A stretch of DNA of 64,000 nucleotides from an uncultured Verrucomicrobiae bacterium. GTDB lineage: Bacteria; Verrucomicrobiota; Verrucomicrobiia; Chthoniobacterales; JAFAMB01. The notes under the pieces were generated by a model. The model did no database searches, was not told the DNA's origin, and was given only the letters and a program-made list of their open reading frames with translations. Of the stretch, positions 48,051-59,404 are shown piece by piece (position 1 is the stretch's first letter; each line of letters opens with the position of its first letter). Position numbers and translations under genes: made by a program. The stretch lies in assembly GCA_963762565.1 (NCBI GenBank), contig CAVXLD010000001.1, positions 640,001 through 704,000 on the forward strand. Direction: 5' to 3'.

Positions 48051-49859
48051 ATGTCTTCTCAAACTATCCCAACTAGAAGTGAAATTGCTGAAACCGACAC
48101 GTGGGATCTAACCAAGCTGTATCCGACCGAAGAAGACTATCAGCAAGGATTCGAACGGCTGAAAAAAGCATACCCCGGCTACGCTTCATTTAAGGGCAAA
48201 GTAGGTCAATCTGCACAGGATCTACTGAACGTTCTGGAATTCGATAAATCGATCGATCTCCTGGCTGAGAAACTTGGACATTATGTTTCGTTGAAGGCAT
48301 CAGAGGACAGCTCGGATCGAGATAATCTTGCTAGAAAGGCCGAGTTCTCAAACCTAGGGACAAAGATCAGAGAACTAGCCTCTTTTATAACTCCTGAAAT
48401 TCAGGCCATCTCGGACGAACGTTTCGCGGTTCTGATAGCAGATCCACGGCTCCAGGACTGGCGAAGGTCGCTAGAGCGGTTGAGACGTTTCCAGCCACAT
48501 ACGTTATCAGAAGGAGAAGAAAAAATCTTGGCCGCGGGCGCTTCCGCGATTCGGGGACATCGCGAGACCTTTTCTCAACTCACCAATGTCGACATGATCT
48601 TCGGTGTGATCCCGGATGATAGAGGTCAAGAGGTGGCGCTTTCGCAAAGCAGCTATATCTCCCTGTTGCATAACCGGGACCGAAACGTCCGGCGACAAGC
48701 GTTCGATCAATTTTATCGGGAATTCTCGGATCACCGGTACACGTTGGCCTCTTCGCTATCCGCCTCAGTTCGAGCCGATGTTTTTTATGCTCGGGTGCGC
48801 AATCATCCCAGCGCGTTGGAGGGCGCTCTTTTCGGCGATAACGTGCCAGTGGCGGTATATGATAATCTGATCGTAACCGTCAGAAACAATCTATCGGCGC
48901 TGCACGATTACTATGACCTGAGAAAAGAGCTCCTCGGCCTCGACGATATCCATCAGTATGACACCTTCGTCCCGCTGTTTCCGGAGGTCGCCAAAACGGT
49001 TGAGTTCGATGGAGCCGTCGATCTTGTGACCGCTTCCCTGGAAGCCTTGGGAGATGAATATGTCGCCACGCTCCGAAACGGACTGAAATCGCGATGGGTA
49101 GATCGCTACGAAACCAAGGGTAAACGCAGCGGCGCTTTTTCCTCTTCGAGCTACAAGAACCCGCCCTTTATCTTGATGAATTATCGGGCGGACGTTCTTT
49201 CGGACGTGTTTACCCTGGCCCACGAAGCCGGTCATTCGATGCACACGTGGTTCGCCCAAGAAAACCAGCCCTTTCAGGACTATGGCTACCCTATTTTTCT
49301 GGCTGAGGTTGCCTCTACTTTTAATGAAGAACTTTTGACCCATTACTTACTGCAACGGGCCGACGACGATCGGTTACGCGCTTTTTTGATCGATCGCCAG
49401 ATCGAAGATATTCGGTCAGTGCTATTCAGGCAGACGATGTTTGCCGAGTTTGAAAAACAAATTCATGCGATCGAAGAGGAGGGTGGTCCCCTGACATTGG
49501 ATGTATTCCTGGAGCGGTACCGCGAGTTGCTGCAGGCTTATTTTGGGCCGCGATTTACGCTCGATGAGGCCCTCAACCTCGAGTGTCTCAGGATACCGCA
49601 TTTTTACTCGGCGTTTTACGTCTACAAATATGCGACCGGTATCTCAGCGGCGGTGGCTTTAGCGCAGCGGGTTCTCCATCAAGGAGCACCGGCGGTTAAG
49701 GATTATCTTGGGTTTCTGAAGTCCGGCGGTTCGCGATACCCCATTGAGACACTGGAATCAGCAGGCGTTGACATGCTCACGCCGGGCCCGATTCAAGAGA
49801 CCATTGAGTTGTTTAAGCGGCGGTTACAGGAATTGACGGAACTAGTGCGTAAGGGGTGA
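48051..49859 (+). CDS. pepF: Oligoendopeptidase F
   Basis: TWDL, GKRSGAF, HEAGHSMH, AEVAS, HFYSAFYVYKYA. Confidence 0.95.
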   Translation: MSSQTIPTRSEIAETDTWDLTKLYPTEEDYQQGFERLKKAYPGYASFKGKVGQSAQDLLNVLEFDKSIDLLAEKLGHYVSLKASEDSSDRDNLARKAEFSNLGTKIRELASFITPEIQAISDERFAVLIADPRLQDWRRSLERLRRFQPHTLSEGEEKILAAGASAIRGHRETFSQLTNVDMIFGVIPDDRGQEVALSQSSYISLLHNRDRNVRRQAFDQFYREFSDHRYTLASSLSASVRADVFYARVRNHPSALEGALFGDNVPVAVYDNLIVTVRNNLSALHDYYDLRKELLGLDDIHQYDTFVPLFPEVAKTVEFDGAVDLVTASLEALGDEYVATLRNGLKSRWVDRYETKGKRSGAFSSSSYKNPPFILMNYRADVLSDVFTLAHEAGHSMHTWFAQENQPFQDYGYPIFLAEVASTFNEELLTHYLLQRADDDRLRAFLIDRQIEDIRSVLFRQTMFAEFEKQIHAIEEEGGPLTLDVFLERYRELLQAYFGPRFTLDEALNLECLRIPHFYSAFYVYKYATGISAAVALAQRVLHQGAPAVKDYLGFLKSGGSRYPIETLESAGVDMLTPGPIQETIELFKRRLQELTELVRKG

Positions 49860-50511
49860 TAGGGATCTTGGATCTGGCGTGAGGTCTGCGCGGTCGCAGG
49901 GCGTAAATCGGGGAGGGCGCGCGTCCCCGCGCGCCGCGAGGGTGGGTCCCCGCAACCGGCGATGTTAGTCTCGCCTAGCGCCTGGAGGGGAGCCGCTTTG
50001 GCCTGTTGGCAGGCCGACCCGCGGCTAAGAGGCGATGCGTGTTACCAAACCGCGAAGTGGGTTAGCAGGCGGCTCCCGGGAACGAACCCAGGGTTTCGAT
50101 TTAACCTGATACGCGACCCCGCCCGTGGTGATAAGTCTCGAAGAGAATCATGGGTTCACTGGAACGCGCTGGGTCATTCGCGGGAGCCGCCTGTTAAATT
50201 CCCGACAGAGCCTGGTTCACGACAAAGCGGCTCCCCTCCGGTCCTCGATTGCAACATGTCGTCGGCTTCGGTAACAACGGATCGCGGGGACGCGATCCCT
50301 CCCCAGCCCGCGCTTCACACCTTTTGACGACGTGACAAATCCTCACCGCCGGCTGTTCAAAAAACCACACGCACTAGAATTTTTATGAAGTCGAGATTGA
50401 AATTCGAACTTCCGACTTTATTTTCCGAAGTGGTCCGGGGCTCAATGGGCGAGGGTCTCATCTGGCTTCCGGTTCTGAAGTAGTATCCAACAAAAATAGG
50501 GACAAGGGAGT

Positions 50512-50700
50512 ATGGTAAAGGAAGGAAAAGCGGCGGAAGAGACCGCCACCACGCCCGTGGCGGACGGTGTGAGTGTCTCCCAACTATCAGCAATGAACCC
50601 GAGCGAGCTTTTCAGGCTGGCGGCAGAACTCGGCTTAGCGATCGAACCTGTGCCGAGTCCTCCCATCCAAGACCTTCGGTTGAACCGGTACGTTGAGTAA
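50512..50700 (+). CDS. Small protein resembling a Rho N-terminal (Rho_N) domain
   Basis: GGGAG just upstream; SVSQLSAMNPSELFRLAAELGL. Confidence 0.45.
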   Translation: MVKEGKAAEETATTPVADGVSVSQLSAMNPSELFRLAAELGLAIEPVPSPPIQDLRLNRYVE

Positions 50701-50855
50701 GCGGTGCCATGGCGATTACCGTTTGGGGAGGGCGCGCGTCCTCGCGCGCCGCGAAGACGCACCAGACCTGCTGTCGTAACGAAAACACCTGTATTGAGCA
50801 GGGATATCGGCTCCGCGAACAAACGGATCGCTGCGATCCCTCCCAGCGATGGACC

Positions 50856-51881
50856 TCAATACGCGGCCTGGGCTCCCTTGATGTTTTTCTTCTGAATCCA
50901 GGGCATTAACGAGCGGAGCTTTTGTCCGACCTTTTCGACCGGGTGTTTTTGGCCAGCGGTCAATAGATCTTTGTAAGTCGACAGGCCGTTTTTGTATTCG
51001 TCGATCCAGCCTTGAGCAAATTTTCCGTTTTGGATCTCCTTCAACGCCCGTTGCATTTTCTTCTTCACGCTCGCGTCGATGATCTTAGGACCAACCGAAA
51101 CATCACCCCACTTCGCCGTCTCGGAGATCGAGAATCGCATGCCGGCGATACCGGACTCGTACATCAGATCTACGATCAGCTTCAGTTCATGGAGACATTC
51201 GAAATAGGCCATCTCGGGCTGGTAACCGGCCTCGACCAAGGTCTCAAAACCATTCTGTACCAAGGCGGTTAGGCCGCCACAAAGCACCGTTTGCTCGCCA
51301 AAAAGGTCGGTCTCGGTCTCCTCCTTAAACGTGGTCTCCAGAACTCCGGCTCGCGTCGCTCCAATCCCCTTGGCCCAGGCCAAGGCAAGCTTTTTGGCCT
51401 TCTTTGATGGATTCTGGTAAACCGCGATCAAGGCGGGAACACCTTTACCTTCGAGGTACTGACGCCGGACGATGTGCCCAGGACCCTTCGGCGCGACCAT
51501 GATCACATCCACGTTTTCAGGTGGAACTACGGTCTTGAAGTGCACGGCGAAACCGTGACTGAAAAGCAGGGCCTTACCGGCAGCGAGATTCGGTAGGACT
51601 TCATTTTCGTAAATCGATGCAATTTTCAGGTCGGGTGTCGCGAAGAATATAATATCGGCTTTTTTAACAGCATCGGCCACTTCGAAAGTCTCGAAACCAT
51701 GTTCTTTCGCGACCGGAATCGACTTGCTGCCTTTATAGAGGCCCACGATCACATCGATTCCGCTATCCTTTAGGTTAAGGGCATGAGCATGCCCCTGAGA
51801 ACCGAACCCGATGACCGCGCAGGTCTTCCCCTGCAGGTTACTCAGGTCGGCGTCCTTATCAGTATACACTTTTGCTGGCAT
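50856..51881 (-). CDS. ilvC: Ketol-acid reductoisomerase
   Basis: [30 protein letters not shown]. Confidence 0.98.
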   Translation of the reverse strand: MPAKVYTDKDADLSNLQGKTCAVIGFGSQGHAHALNLKDSGIDVIVGLYKGSKSIPVAKEHGFETFEVADAVKKADIIFFATPDLKIASIYENEVLPNLAAGKALLFSHGFAVHFKTVVPPENVDVIMVAPKGPGHIVRRQYLEGKGVPALIAVYQNPSKKAKKLALAWAKGIGATRAGVLETTFKEETETDLFGEQTVLCGGLTALVQNGFETLVEAGYQPEMAYFECLHELKLIVDLMYESGIAGMRFSISETAKWGDVSVGPKIIDASVKKKMQRALKEIQNGKFAQGWIDEYKNGLSTYKDLLTAGQKHPVEKVGQKLRSLMPWIQKKNIKGAQAAY

Positions 51882-51904
51882 AAAAAATTGGCGCGAAAAA
51901 CCGG

Positions 51905-52381
51905 TTATTCGACTCTGGCCATAGCGACACGGCCGGTCCGAGTCAGATCACTGATCCCAAAATTCTCCATCAAACGCAGGAACTTATTGATCTTGCTTTC
52001 GTTCCCGGTGATTTCGATGGCGAGACGCTTTGGCTGAACATCTACGATCTTCGCGCGAAAGATATCGCAGATTTGCATAACTTCGGACCGATTCTCGGAA
52101 TCGGCATTCACCCGGAGCATGACCAGCTCCCGGTCCACGTAGCCACCGTCTCTAAAGTCCTGTATTTCGATGACGTCGATCAGTTTATGTAACTGTTTCG
52201 TGACCTGCTCGAGGACGGTGTCGTCGCCGCGTACTACGATCGTCATCCGAGAAGTCGAAGGATCGTTGGTCGGCGCGACATTCAAGCTGTCAATATTGAA
52301 TCCGCGCCCACTAAACATGCCCGCAACGCGTGTAAGCACGCCAAAGCGGTTCTCCACTAAAATCGAGAGTGTGTGACGCAT
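51905..52381 (-). CDS. ilvN: Acetolactate synthase small subunit
   Basis: [26 protein letters not shown]. Confidence 0.97.
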   Translation of the reverse strand: MRHTLSILVENRFGVLTRVAGMFSGRGFNIDSLNVAPTNDPSTSRMTIVVRGDDTVLEQVTKQLHKLIDVIEIQDFRDGGYVDRELVMLRVNADSENRSEVMQICDIFRAKIVDVQPKRLAIEITGNESKINKFLRLMENFGISDLTRTGRVAMARVE

Positions 52382-52610
52382 AGGGAAAGGACCTGAACCA
52401 TCCCGCGATCATAAATAAAATCAATCCAATTCTGGGGGTCGCGAGTCATATAGACAGAAACGTCGCGGGCGGTGGTAGCCCGCTCGGTCGCAGGTCGGAT
52501 AGGACTTATACGACTGATGGGACTTATATGACTGCGATGAACGGGGCGGCTCTATCATTTAACGAAATGCTAGAAACCTGGCTGCGGGCGTGCAATTCTG
52601 CCGCGCTGCT

Positions 52611-53195
52611 ATGACAATTTTTACTCCGCCTGAGAAACTGTACAAAGGGTATATTTTTGACTGTGATGGGACCTTAGCGCATTCGATGCCGGTCCATTAT
52701 GCAGCCTGGCGGCAGACCGCGGAGGAGAACGGGGTGACAATGTCGGAAGAGCTTTTCTACAGCCTGGGAGGGGTACCGACCACCAGAATCATAGAGATTT
52801 TGAACGAAAAATTTGGGACCAAAATGGATCCTGAACAGGTCGCGGAACGGAAAGAAGAAGTTTACGTCGAGAATATGGGCGCTACGAAGCCGATCGAGGA
52901 AGTAACCGCATTTGCCAGGAAAGTGGCAGCGTTTGCCAAGGTGGCGGTTGCTTCCGGCGGATATCTCCCCGTGGTACTGAAGACCTTGGAAGTGATCGGA
53001 TTTAAAGACTTTTTCCCGGTTGTTGTGACGAGCGAGCAGGTGAGCCGGGGTAAACCGTTCCCGGACATATTCCTTGAAGCCGCAAGGCGCATGGGCGTAC
53101 CGCCCAACGAGTGTTTGGTGCTTGAAGATAGTCCCGCCGGCATCGAAGCCGCTAAGGCAGCGGGAATGGATTACAATTTTATCGGCAAGCCGTGA
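52611..53195 (+). CDS. HAD family phosphatase (YqaB / beta-PGM-like)
   Basis: FDCDGTL, GKPFPD, EDSPAG. Confidence 0.92.
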   Translation: MTIFTPPEKLYKGYIFDCDGTLAHSMPVHYAAWRQTAEENGVTMSEELFYSLGGVPTTRIIEILNEKFGTKMDPEQVAERKEEVYVENMGATKPIEEVTAFARKVAAFAKVAVASGGYLPVVLKTLEVIGFKDFFPVVVTSEQVSRGKPFPDIFLEAARRMGVPPNECLVLEDSPAGIEAAKAAGMDYNFIGKP

Positions 53196-53202
53196 GGTTG
53201 CG

Positions 53203-53615
53203 AAACGGCGACCGGGCGAATGGGCGATAGGGCGAATGGGCGAAACAGCGCGAAGCTGTGGCTGGAGGGGAGCCGCTTAGGAGCGCAGCTAAAAGATCTA
53301 GCGTTATTCTATCCGGAGCGAGGAAGGCCAAGTAGGGTGTTAAACAGGCGGCTCCCGGGAATTACCGCTCGCGATGTTTTGCCCACGGTTCGGTTTGCAG
53401 ATTGTTCATTCGCGTGCGGGCCGACACAGCTAACACCCGTTGAAACGTTCGCGGGAGCCGCCTGTTGACGAGTTGTGCGGCCATCTACACGCCGAGACAA
53501 ATATAACGGGGCTTTTTGGTACGATCCAAAGCGGCTCCCCTCCGGTTAAGGCGCTTCGCGCCTCAATCCGCCGATTCGCCCTTTCGCCGTTTCGCCTATT
53601 CGCCGTTTCGGCATT
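53203..53615. repeat. Inverted octamer arrays (GGCGAATG type) enclosing a family-1 REPIN-like element; same octamers flank 59071-59402 and 30501-30677
   Basis: GGCGAATG GGCGATAG GGCGAATG GGCGAAAC ... CGCCGATT CGCCCTTT CGCCGTTT CGCCTATT. Confidence 0.8.
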
Positions 53616-53622
53616 CTCCTCC

Positions 53623-54600
53623 CTACCGCACCGCGACCGCGCCGCCGTTGCGGTTCAAGCCCCAGATCAGCAATCTCTGGGCGTCATCGAACAGGAAGTG
53701 CAATGTTCCGCCTAGCTGCACCAAGATCACGTCATGCCCGCCGTAGCTGGCACTTGATACCAAACACCGTCCGCTAGCCTCAGTGAAACCGGTTTTCATA
53801 CCGGTGAACATGGGTGAACGCGCGATCAATCTGTTGGTGGCCTCAAAATAGCGATGGCGGCCTGAATTGTAGGTAAAATTGAAGCCGGTCAACCGCATAT
53901 ACTGGCGCAGCACCGGTTGGTGATACGCGGCGAAAGCGATCCGGGCCATGTTTCGGGCAGTTGAGTATTGGCCCGGTACGGGTAGCCCGTTTGGATTCAC
54001 AAAATGACTTTCGGTTGCGCCTAGGGAGAACGCTTTTGAATTCATCCGTTCTGCGAAAGCGGGGATACTGCCGGCCTCATTTCGAGCCAAACAGATCGCA
54101 GCATCGTTACAACTGTGTACCAAGAGAGCGGCCAGCAGTTGCCTTTTAGTATAAACATCGCCCGGCCGAAACCCGAGCTTCGTCGGTTCCACTTGGCAAT
54201 CCGTCGAGATTACCCGGTCCGGAACGTCGAGATTTCCGTCTTGAACTAGAATCAGCGCAGTTAAGAGTTTTTGCGTGCTTGCTACGGGCCGGCGAACATC
54301 CGGATTTTTCATGAACAGGACTGCACCGGTCTTGGCATCGATCATGATGGCGGAACTAGCGGCAGTAAGAGGCGCATCGGACGGGTAAATCGACGCACCC
54401 GCGGCACCGGTCGGATCGTCAGCCACACCGGACATTCGGAATAACGGCACGGTCTGCGTTTCCGACGGTTGCGGTGCAGGCAGCGGCTGTACCGGTAGAG
54501 CCCGCCGCACGCTTGAATCCGCGCCGGGCATAGAAAGAGTAAGGGCAAGCTCAATAGAGCAAACGCAAAGTAATCTCCAACTGAAACCCATGAGCATCAC
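53623..54600 (-). CDS. D-alanyl-D-alanine carboxypeptidase (S11)
   Basis: STQK, SCN, KTG motifs; FVNPNGL. Confidence 0.92.
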   Translation of the reverse strand: MMLMGFSWRLLCVCSIELALTLSMPGADSSVRRALPVQPLPAPQPSETQTVPLFRMSGVADDPTGAAGASIYPSDAPLTAASSAIMIDAKTGAVLFMKNPDVRRPVASTQKLLTALILVQDGNLDVPDRVISTDCQVEPTKLGFRPGDVYTKRQLLAALLVHSCNDAAICLARNEAGSIPAFAERMNSKAFSLGATESHFVNPNGLPVPGQYSTARNMARIAFAAYHQPVLRQYMRLTGFNFTYNSGRHRYFEATNRLIARSPMFTGMKTGFTEASGRCLVSSASYGGHDVILVQLGGTLHFLFDDAQRLLIWGLNRNGGAVAVR

Positions 54601-54692
54601 ATGGTTTATTACAAAAACTACTTTTGCGCAATTGCGAGAACTGAACGGAAAAATGTTCTCAAGCGGGCGTTTTCCGGGTAAACTCGGCGCGG

Positions 54693-55298
54693 ATGAGTCG
54701 AAGAGTTGTCTGGTTAGCTGTTGTCACCACTAGCTCACTTTTCTTCATTGGCTGCGCAGAGCGTGAGCTCCCAACCTACGAGGCTCCTTTGGCAAGGAGC
54801 GAGTTTATGAAGATCAGAACGACCGCGTACAACGATAAGGAGAGTGATCATCTAAAGTACGCGAATGCCAGCGCATCTGGGACCGCGTTGCAGGCGGGCG
54901 AGATCCGAAGCGCAGCGGCTGATTGGTCCCGGTGGCCGGCCGGAACCGAGTTCGTGATCGACGCGACCGGCCAAACCTACGTCGTTGATGATTATGGTTG
55001 GGACTTGGCCGGCCGAAATACGATCGATCTTTATTGCCCGACTCGAGCCGAGATGAACGCCTGGGGCGTACGCCGAGTCAGCATTCACATTCTTCATTGG
55101 GGTGATCCATGGGCAAGTTATCGGATTCTAAAGCCGCGGAATAGTTACGCCCACGTTCGGCGAATGCTGGACGAAATTCATCGATTCTATCGAGAAGAGA
55201 AAATACACGAACCGGCTCCCGAAAAAACGGAAACGGTACCAGTAAAAGCTGAACCGGCGGTTCCGCTAAAACCGTTTTTGCAGGCGAGCAATATGTGA
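54693..55298 (+). CDS. 3D-domain lipoprotein
   Basis: FIGC lipobox; TTAY, AAADW, VVDDYG, TIDLY. Confidence 0.85.
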   Translation: MSRRVVWLAVVTTSSLFFIGCAERELPTYEAPLARSEFMKIRTTAYNDKESDHLKYANASASGTALQAGEIRSAAADWSRWPAGTEFVIDATGQTYVVDDYGWDLAGRNTIDLYCPTRAEMNAWGVRRVSIHILHWGDPWASYRILKPRNSYAHVRRMLDEIHRFYREEKIHEPAPEKTETVPVKAEPAVPLKPFLQASNM

Positions 55299-55554
55299 CC
55301 GTGACGCGCCTCGCTTGCGAGGCCGATGGTGAACAGGGAAACATCGTGACATGAACCCTGGCCGGTGCAGCGCTCTATCGTCCAGTGATCGAGATGCGTT
55401 CCAAGGTTGAGAGATATGGTGCGCGGAGACCAGAGAGCCTCAAGGTCGCGAACTTAGTCGACGCGATACAGAGCGCAGACAATACAAATTACTTTATTAC
55501 GGACCACCCCTGCTCACCATCGGCCTCGCAAGCGAGGCGCGCTCCACGGCTCTG

Positions 55555-57774
55555 CTAGAACCACAAGAAGTGGTGCTTCTGTTGAGGAGATCCGCTCGCG
55601 GCGGGCTGTCTCCGAAAGATGTCGAAAATGCTGTGGTGCTGTTGCTGCTGCGGCTGAGTTTGGCGAGCTACTCTCTGAGTTGTGGCTCGTTCGCTGTTTG
55701 GTTCCGGACGAACATCCGGTTCTACTTTTCCGTGAGCTTGTCTCTTGTCTTGGTCGTCGTCATCTGCAGACTGATGGGTATTGGCTTCGGCTGCATCTGC
55801 CGCCGCGAGTTCCTCTTCCTTCTCCGGATTGACGGCGTCGAACATCTTGAAGTTGCCAACCGCAGGCGCCAGCGATTTCAGAGGCGGGTTATAGCCGTGA
55901 TCGAGAGCAAAGATTTTCTCCAAGATGGCCGAAGCCATAGGAGCAGCAACCCCGCCACCGGATTTCCCACCTTCAATCATTATCGCTAATGCGTATTTAG
56001 GATGGTCGTAAGGAGCAAAAGCCAGAAACCATACGTGGTCGTCCTTTATCCCGGAGCGCCAAAATTGAGCAGTCCCCGTTTTACCGGCTACCTGGATCCC
56101 GGCAACGGCGCCTGCTTTTCCGGTGCCGTCTTCGGCATTAACTACCTCATACATCCCTCTCCGAACCATCTCGATCTGGTCTTTAGACAAGTGCAAATCG
56201 CGGGTCAAGTCGCTGCGAATCCTGGCCGGTCGCGGAATGATTTTACCGTCGGGTCCTTTGATTTGATAAATAAGGGTCGGCTGGTAACAGGTGCCTCCGT
56301 TGGCAACGGTTGCCGCCACTATGGCCATCTGCAGCGGGCTGGCCAAGACATAGCCTTGGCCGATCGATGTATTCGCGGTCTGACCTTGGCTCCATTTCTC
56401 GGTCTTCGTGGTCTGCAGCCAATCCGGGGACGGCAACAATCCAGGGTCTTCGTCGGTCAACTCGACCCCGCTGGTCTCGCCGAGGCCGAGAGCACGGCCG
56501 ACGCGGTCAATCGCGTCGATCCCGGCAGCATTGCCGAACTGATAGAAAAAAGCGTCGCAAGAATGTTTGATGGCCTCGACCAATGTCTGTTCACCGTGAA
56601 CGCCCCAACAATGCATGTAGGTATTCCCATAAGAAACACCGCCGTAGCAGTAGAATTTTGCTTTCTGGAGTCCCTTGCTTAGCCCTGCAAATGAAGTGAT
56701 GACTTTGTAGGTCGAGCCCGGCGCATAGGTACTGTCTGCCCGATCCAAGAGTGGATCCGCTTCTCCATTCTTTATCGTCGCCCAATCTCGCGCCGAGATT
56801 GAAGGGACAAATTTGTTCGGATCGAAAGAAGGAACCGACGCCATGGCGAGAATTTGCCCGTTGTTCGGATCAACCACGACGCAAGCGGCCCGGCCCACAT
56901 ATCGGAGCGTCGTTTCCACGATGTATTGAATCCGGGCGTCGATTGTAAGGTAAACGTCGGAGCCAGCCGTTGGTTCAACCCGGCTCATCTCACGCCCAAT
57001 TTGATTCTTCGCGCTTTTTTCCAAGATCCGTTTACCGGGTTTTCCGCGGAGGACCTCATCCATGACGTACTCGAGGTTGTTCCTCCCCTGCTCATCGGGC
57101 TGATAATAATTGAAGTCCCGCAGGTCGGGGAGCTGGCTGATATCTTTGGGCGCGCCCACGTACCCAAGGATTTGCGCGGCTAGCGCACCATACGGGTAGA
57201 GACGCACCGGGGTCGAGTGTACTTGCAACCCAGGGAACTCAACGTCTCGTTCGGCAAACTCGCTAAAGGTCAAAAAATCAAGATCTTGTCGGTAAACGAA
57301 CGGCACCAACTGCTGATTGCGAAACTGGGTTTCAAGGCGTTCGGTGTTGTAAGGCTCAGCTAGTCCAAACTGCTTGAGCTTTGGAATCACGGTCTGGTTG
57401 ACGATTTGAACGATGTCCGGCTCACGCCGGTTGTGAAGCATTCCGTTGGAATCCTTTTGCAGGAACTCCTTCTTCGGCACCTCGCCATATTGCTGCCGAT
57501 AGCCGTTCACCAGATCGGGGAAATAGAAATCGACGTCGTAAGTCACGCGATTGGTGACGAGAGGAAGGCCGTTCCGATCTCGGATCTCACCGCGAACCGC
57601 GGGTAACCGGACGGTCACTTGGGAGGCGCCCTTGATTTTGCCTCGGTAATAATCCGCCAACTTCACCTGCACCCACCAAAGCCGCAGGCAAATGGCAGCC
57701 ATACAGACAACAATGACCCCTCCGATCACCCAGATCTCGATGCCAAATTCGGGTCTCGTTCTTCTGCCTTCCAT
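55555..57774 (-). CDS. mrdA: Penicillin-binding protein 2
   Basis: RGEIRDRNG, PGSTYK, SCD, SIGQG, KTGTAQ. Confidence 0.92.
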   Translation of the reverse strand: MEGRRTRPEFGIEIWVIGGVIVVCMAAICLRLWWVQVKLADYYRGKIKGASQVTVRLPAVRGEIRDRNGLPLVTNRVTYDVDFYFPDLVNGYRQQYGEVPKKEFLQKDSNGMLHNRREPDIVQIVNQTVIPKLKQFGLAEPYNTERLETQFRNQQLVPFVYRQDLDFLTFSEFAERDVEFPGLQVHSTPVRLYPYGALAAQILGYVGAPKDISQLPDLRDFNYYQPDEQGRNNLEYVMDEVLRGKPGKRILEKSAKNQIGREMSRVEPTAGSDVYLTIDARIQYIVETTLRYVGRAACVVVDPNNGQILAMASVPSFDPNKFVPSISARDWATIKNGEADPLLDRADSTYAPGSTYKVITSFAGLSKGLQKAKFYCYGGVSYGNTYMHCWGVHGEQTLVEAIKHSCDAFFYQFGNAAGIDAIDRVGRALGLGETSGVELTDEDPGLLPSPDWLQTTKTEKWSQGQTANTSIGQGYVLASPLQMAIVAATVANGGTCYQPTLIYQIKGPDGKIIPRPARIRSDLTRDLHLSKDQIEMVRRGMYEVVNAEDGTGKAGAVAGIQVAGKTGTAQFWRSGIKDDHVWFLAFAPYDHPKYALAIMIEGGKSGGGVAAPMASAILEKIFALDHGYNPPLKSLAPAVGNFKMFDAVNPEKEEELAAADAAEANTHQSADDDDQDKRQAHGKVEPDVRPEPNSERATTQRVARQTQPQQQQHHSIFDIFRRQPAASGSPQQKHHFLWF

Positions 57775-57905
57775 GTTTTTACGACAGTTCTGAACCTGGA
57801 ACATAGCCGGGAAACCGTTTCTTGCATCCTCAGCCTGCATTTCTCGCAGCAGAGAAGCTTTCAATCACTTGCTACCATGAGGGGCTGCTGCGAGAAATGC
57901 AGGCT

Positions 57906-59069
57906 ATGGCCGGAAAAATATCGACCGCGGATCGTCTCGCCCGATTCAGTGAATCCGTCATCAGAGAGATGACCCGGGTCGCAAACCGCTACGGTGCGAT
58001 CAATCTCTCCCAAGGTTTTCCGGACTTCGACCCACCTCAGGAATTGGTTCAAGCTGCCAAGGAAGCATTACAAGGCGAGTACCATCAATACGCGATCACC
58101 TGGGGTCAGCCCGAATTCAGAGAAGCATTGGCTGCCAAACAATCACGTTTGATGGGGCTGCCGCTGGAGCCCAGCGAACACTTCGTGGTGACCTGCGGAG
58201 GGACTGAGGCCATGCTCGTCGCATTGATGACCGCTTGCAATCCCGGCGATTCGGTCATCATTTTTTCCCCATTCTACGAGAACTACGGAGCAGACACGAT
58301 TTTGGCGGGCGCGTGGCCGATCTATGTGCCTCTCCGGCCGCCACGATTCGATTTTGATCCGGATGAGTTGCGCCAGGCGTTTTCCCAAAAGCCGAAAGCA
58401 ATCGTCATCTGCAACCCGTCCAACCCCACCGGCAAAGTTTTCACCAGGGATGAACTTCTTTTGATCGGAGAGCTGGCTACCGAAGCCGGGAGCTTCATCA
58501 TCACGGATGAGGTATACGAGCACATCGTTTACCCGCCACACCGGCATACCTACGCTGCGGCGTTGCCCGGGTTGTTTGAGCGGACTCTAACCGTAGGTTC
58601 GTTGTCAAAGACCTATGCGATCACCGGATGGCGTTTAGGTTTTGTGCTGGCTGCTCCCGAGGTGATCTCGGCAGCCCGAAAAGTCCATGACTTTCTCACG
58701 GTCGGAGCCGCTCACCCGCTCCAAAAAGCAGCAGTGACGGCTCTCCGTTTTCCACAAGAGTACTACGACAAATTGGCGCGTGATTACTTAGCCCGGAGAG
58801 AACTCTTTACCGGGTATTTGCGAAAGGCGGCCTTAACCTTTGTTGAACCGCAGGGCGCGTATTACGTGCTCGTGGATATTACCGAGTTTGGTCACTCCGA
58901 TGATACGTCCTTTTGTCATTGGCTGGCCAAAGAGATCGGCGTCGCAGCGGTGCCAGGCTCCAGTTTTTTCGCTGAACCCGTCAATCATTTGATCCGGTTC
59001 CATTTCGCTAAGCGCGATGAAACGTTGCATGAGGCTGGGCGCAGGCTGTTGAGGCTACGGGGCGCGTAA
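57906..59069 (+). CDS. PLP-dependent class I/II aminotransferase
   Basis: NLSQGFPDF, NPSNPTG, DEVY, SLSKTYAITGWRLG. Confidence 0.93.
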   Translation: MAGKISTADRLARFSESVIREMTRVANRYGAINLSQGFPDFDPPQELVQAAKEALQGEYHQYAITWGQPEFREALAAKQSRLMGLPLEPSEHFVVTCGGTEAMLVALMTACNPGDSVIIFSPFYENYGADTILAGAWPIYVPLRPPRFDFDPDELRQAFSQKPKAIVICNPSNPTGKVFTRDELLLIGELATEAGSFIITDEVYEHIVYPPHRHTYAAALPGLFERTLTVGSLSKTYAITGWRLGFVLAAPEVISAARKVHDFLTVGAAHPLQKAAVTALRFPQEYYDKLARDYLARRELFTGYLRKAALTFVEPQGAYYVLVDITEFGHSDDTSFCHWLAKEIGVAAVPGSSFFAEPVNHLIRFHFAKRDETLHEAGRRLLRLRGA

Positions 59070-59404
59070 GAGCGAATGGGCGAAACGGCGAATAGGCGCG
59101 ATATCTCCCACGATCGGTAGGGCGAAAAACTCGGCGCGCCGATAATCCAGATGAGGTCTGCCACGCATTCGCGCCGGTTTTGAGCCGCTCCGTGGGTGCG
59201 GTTCGGTTTTGCGTTTCATCCCGGGACCCTGCGTCCGGAAGGGTTCCGTATTGTAGACGAGGTAAGCTCCACGGTGCGGCTCAAAACCGGCGCGGACACC
59301 CTTCCTCTGTAAACCCTATCCTCGGCGCGCCGAGTTTTTCGCCCTACCGATCGTGGGTCCTGGTCGCATCGCCTTCGCCCCGTCGCCGTTTCGCCCATTC
59401 GCAA

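Noticed and set aside
50354..50367. TGTTCAAAAAACCA as a LexA box
   Set aside because: Right half has two mismatches; too weak
50856..52381. ilvN-ilvC without adjacent ilvB, and PUA-less proB
   Set aside because: Both are known, common arrangements; not novel
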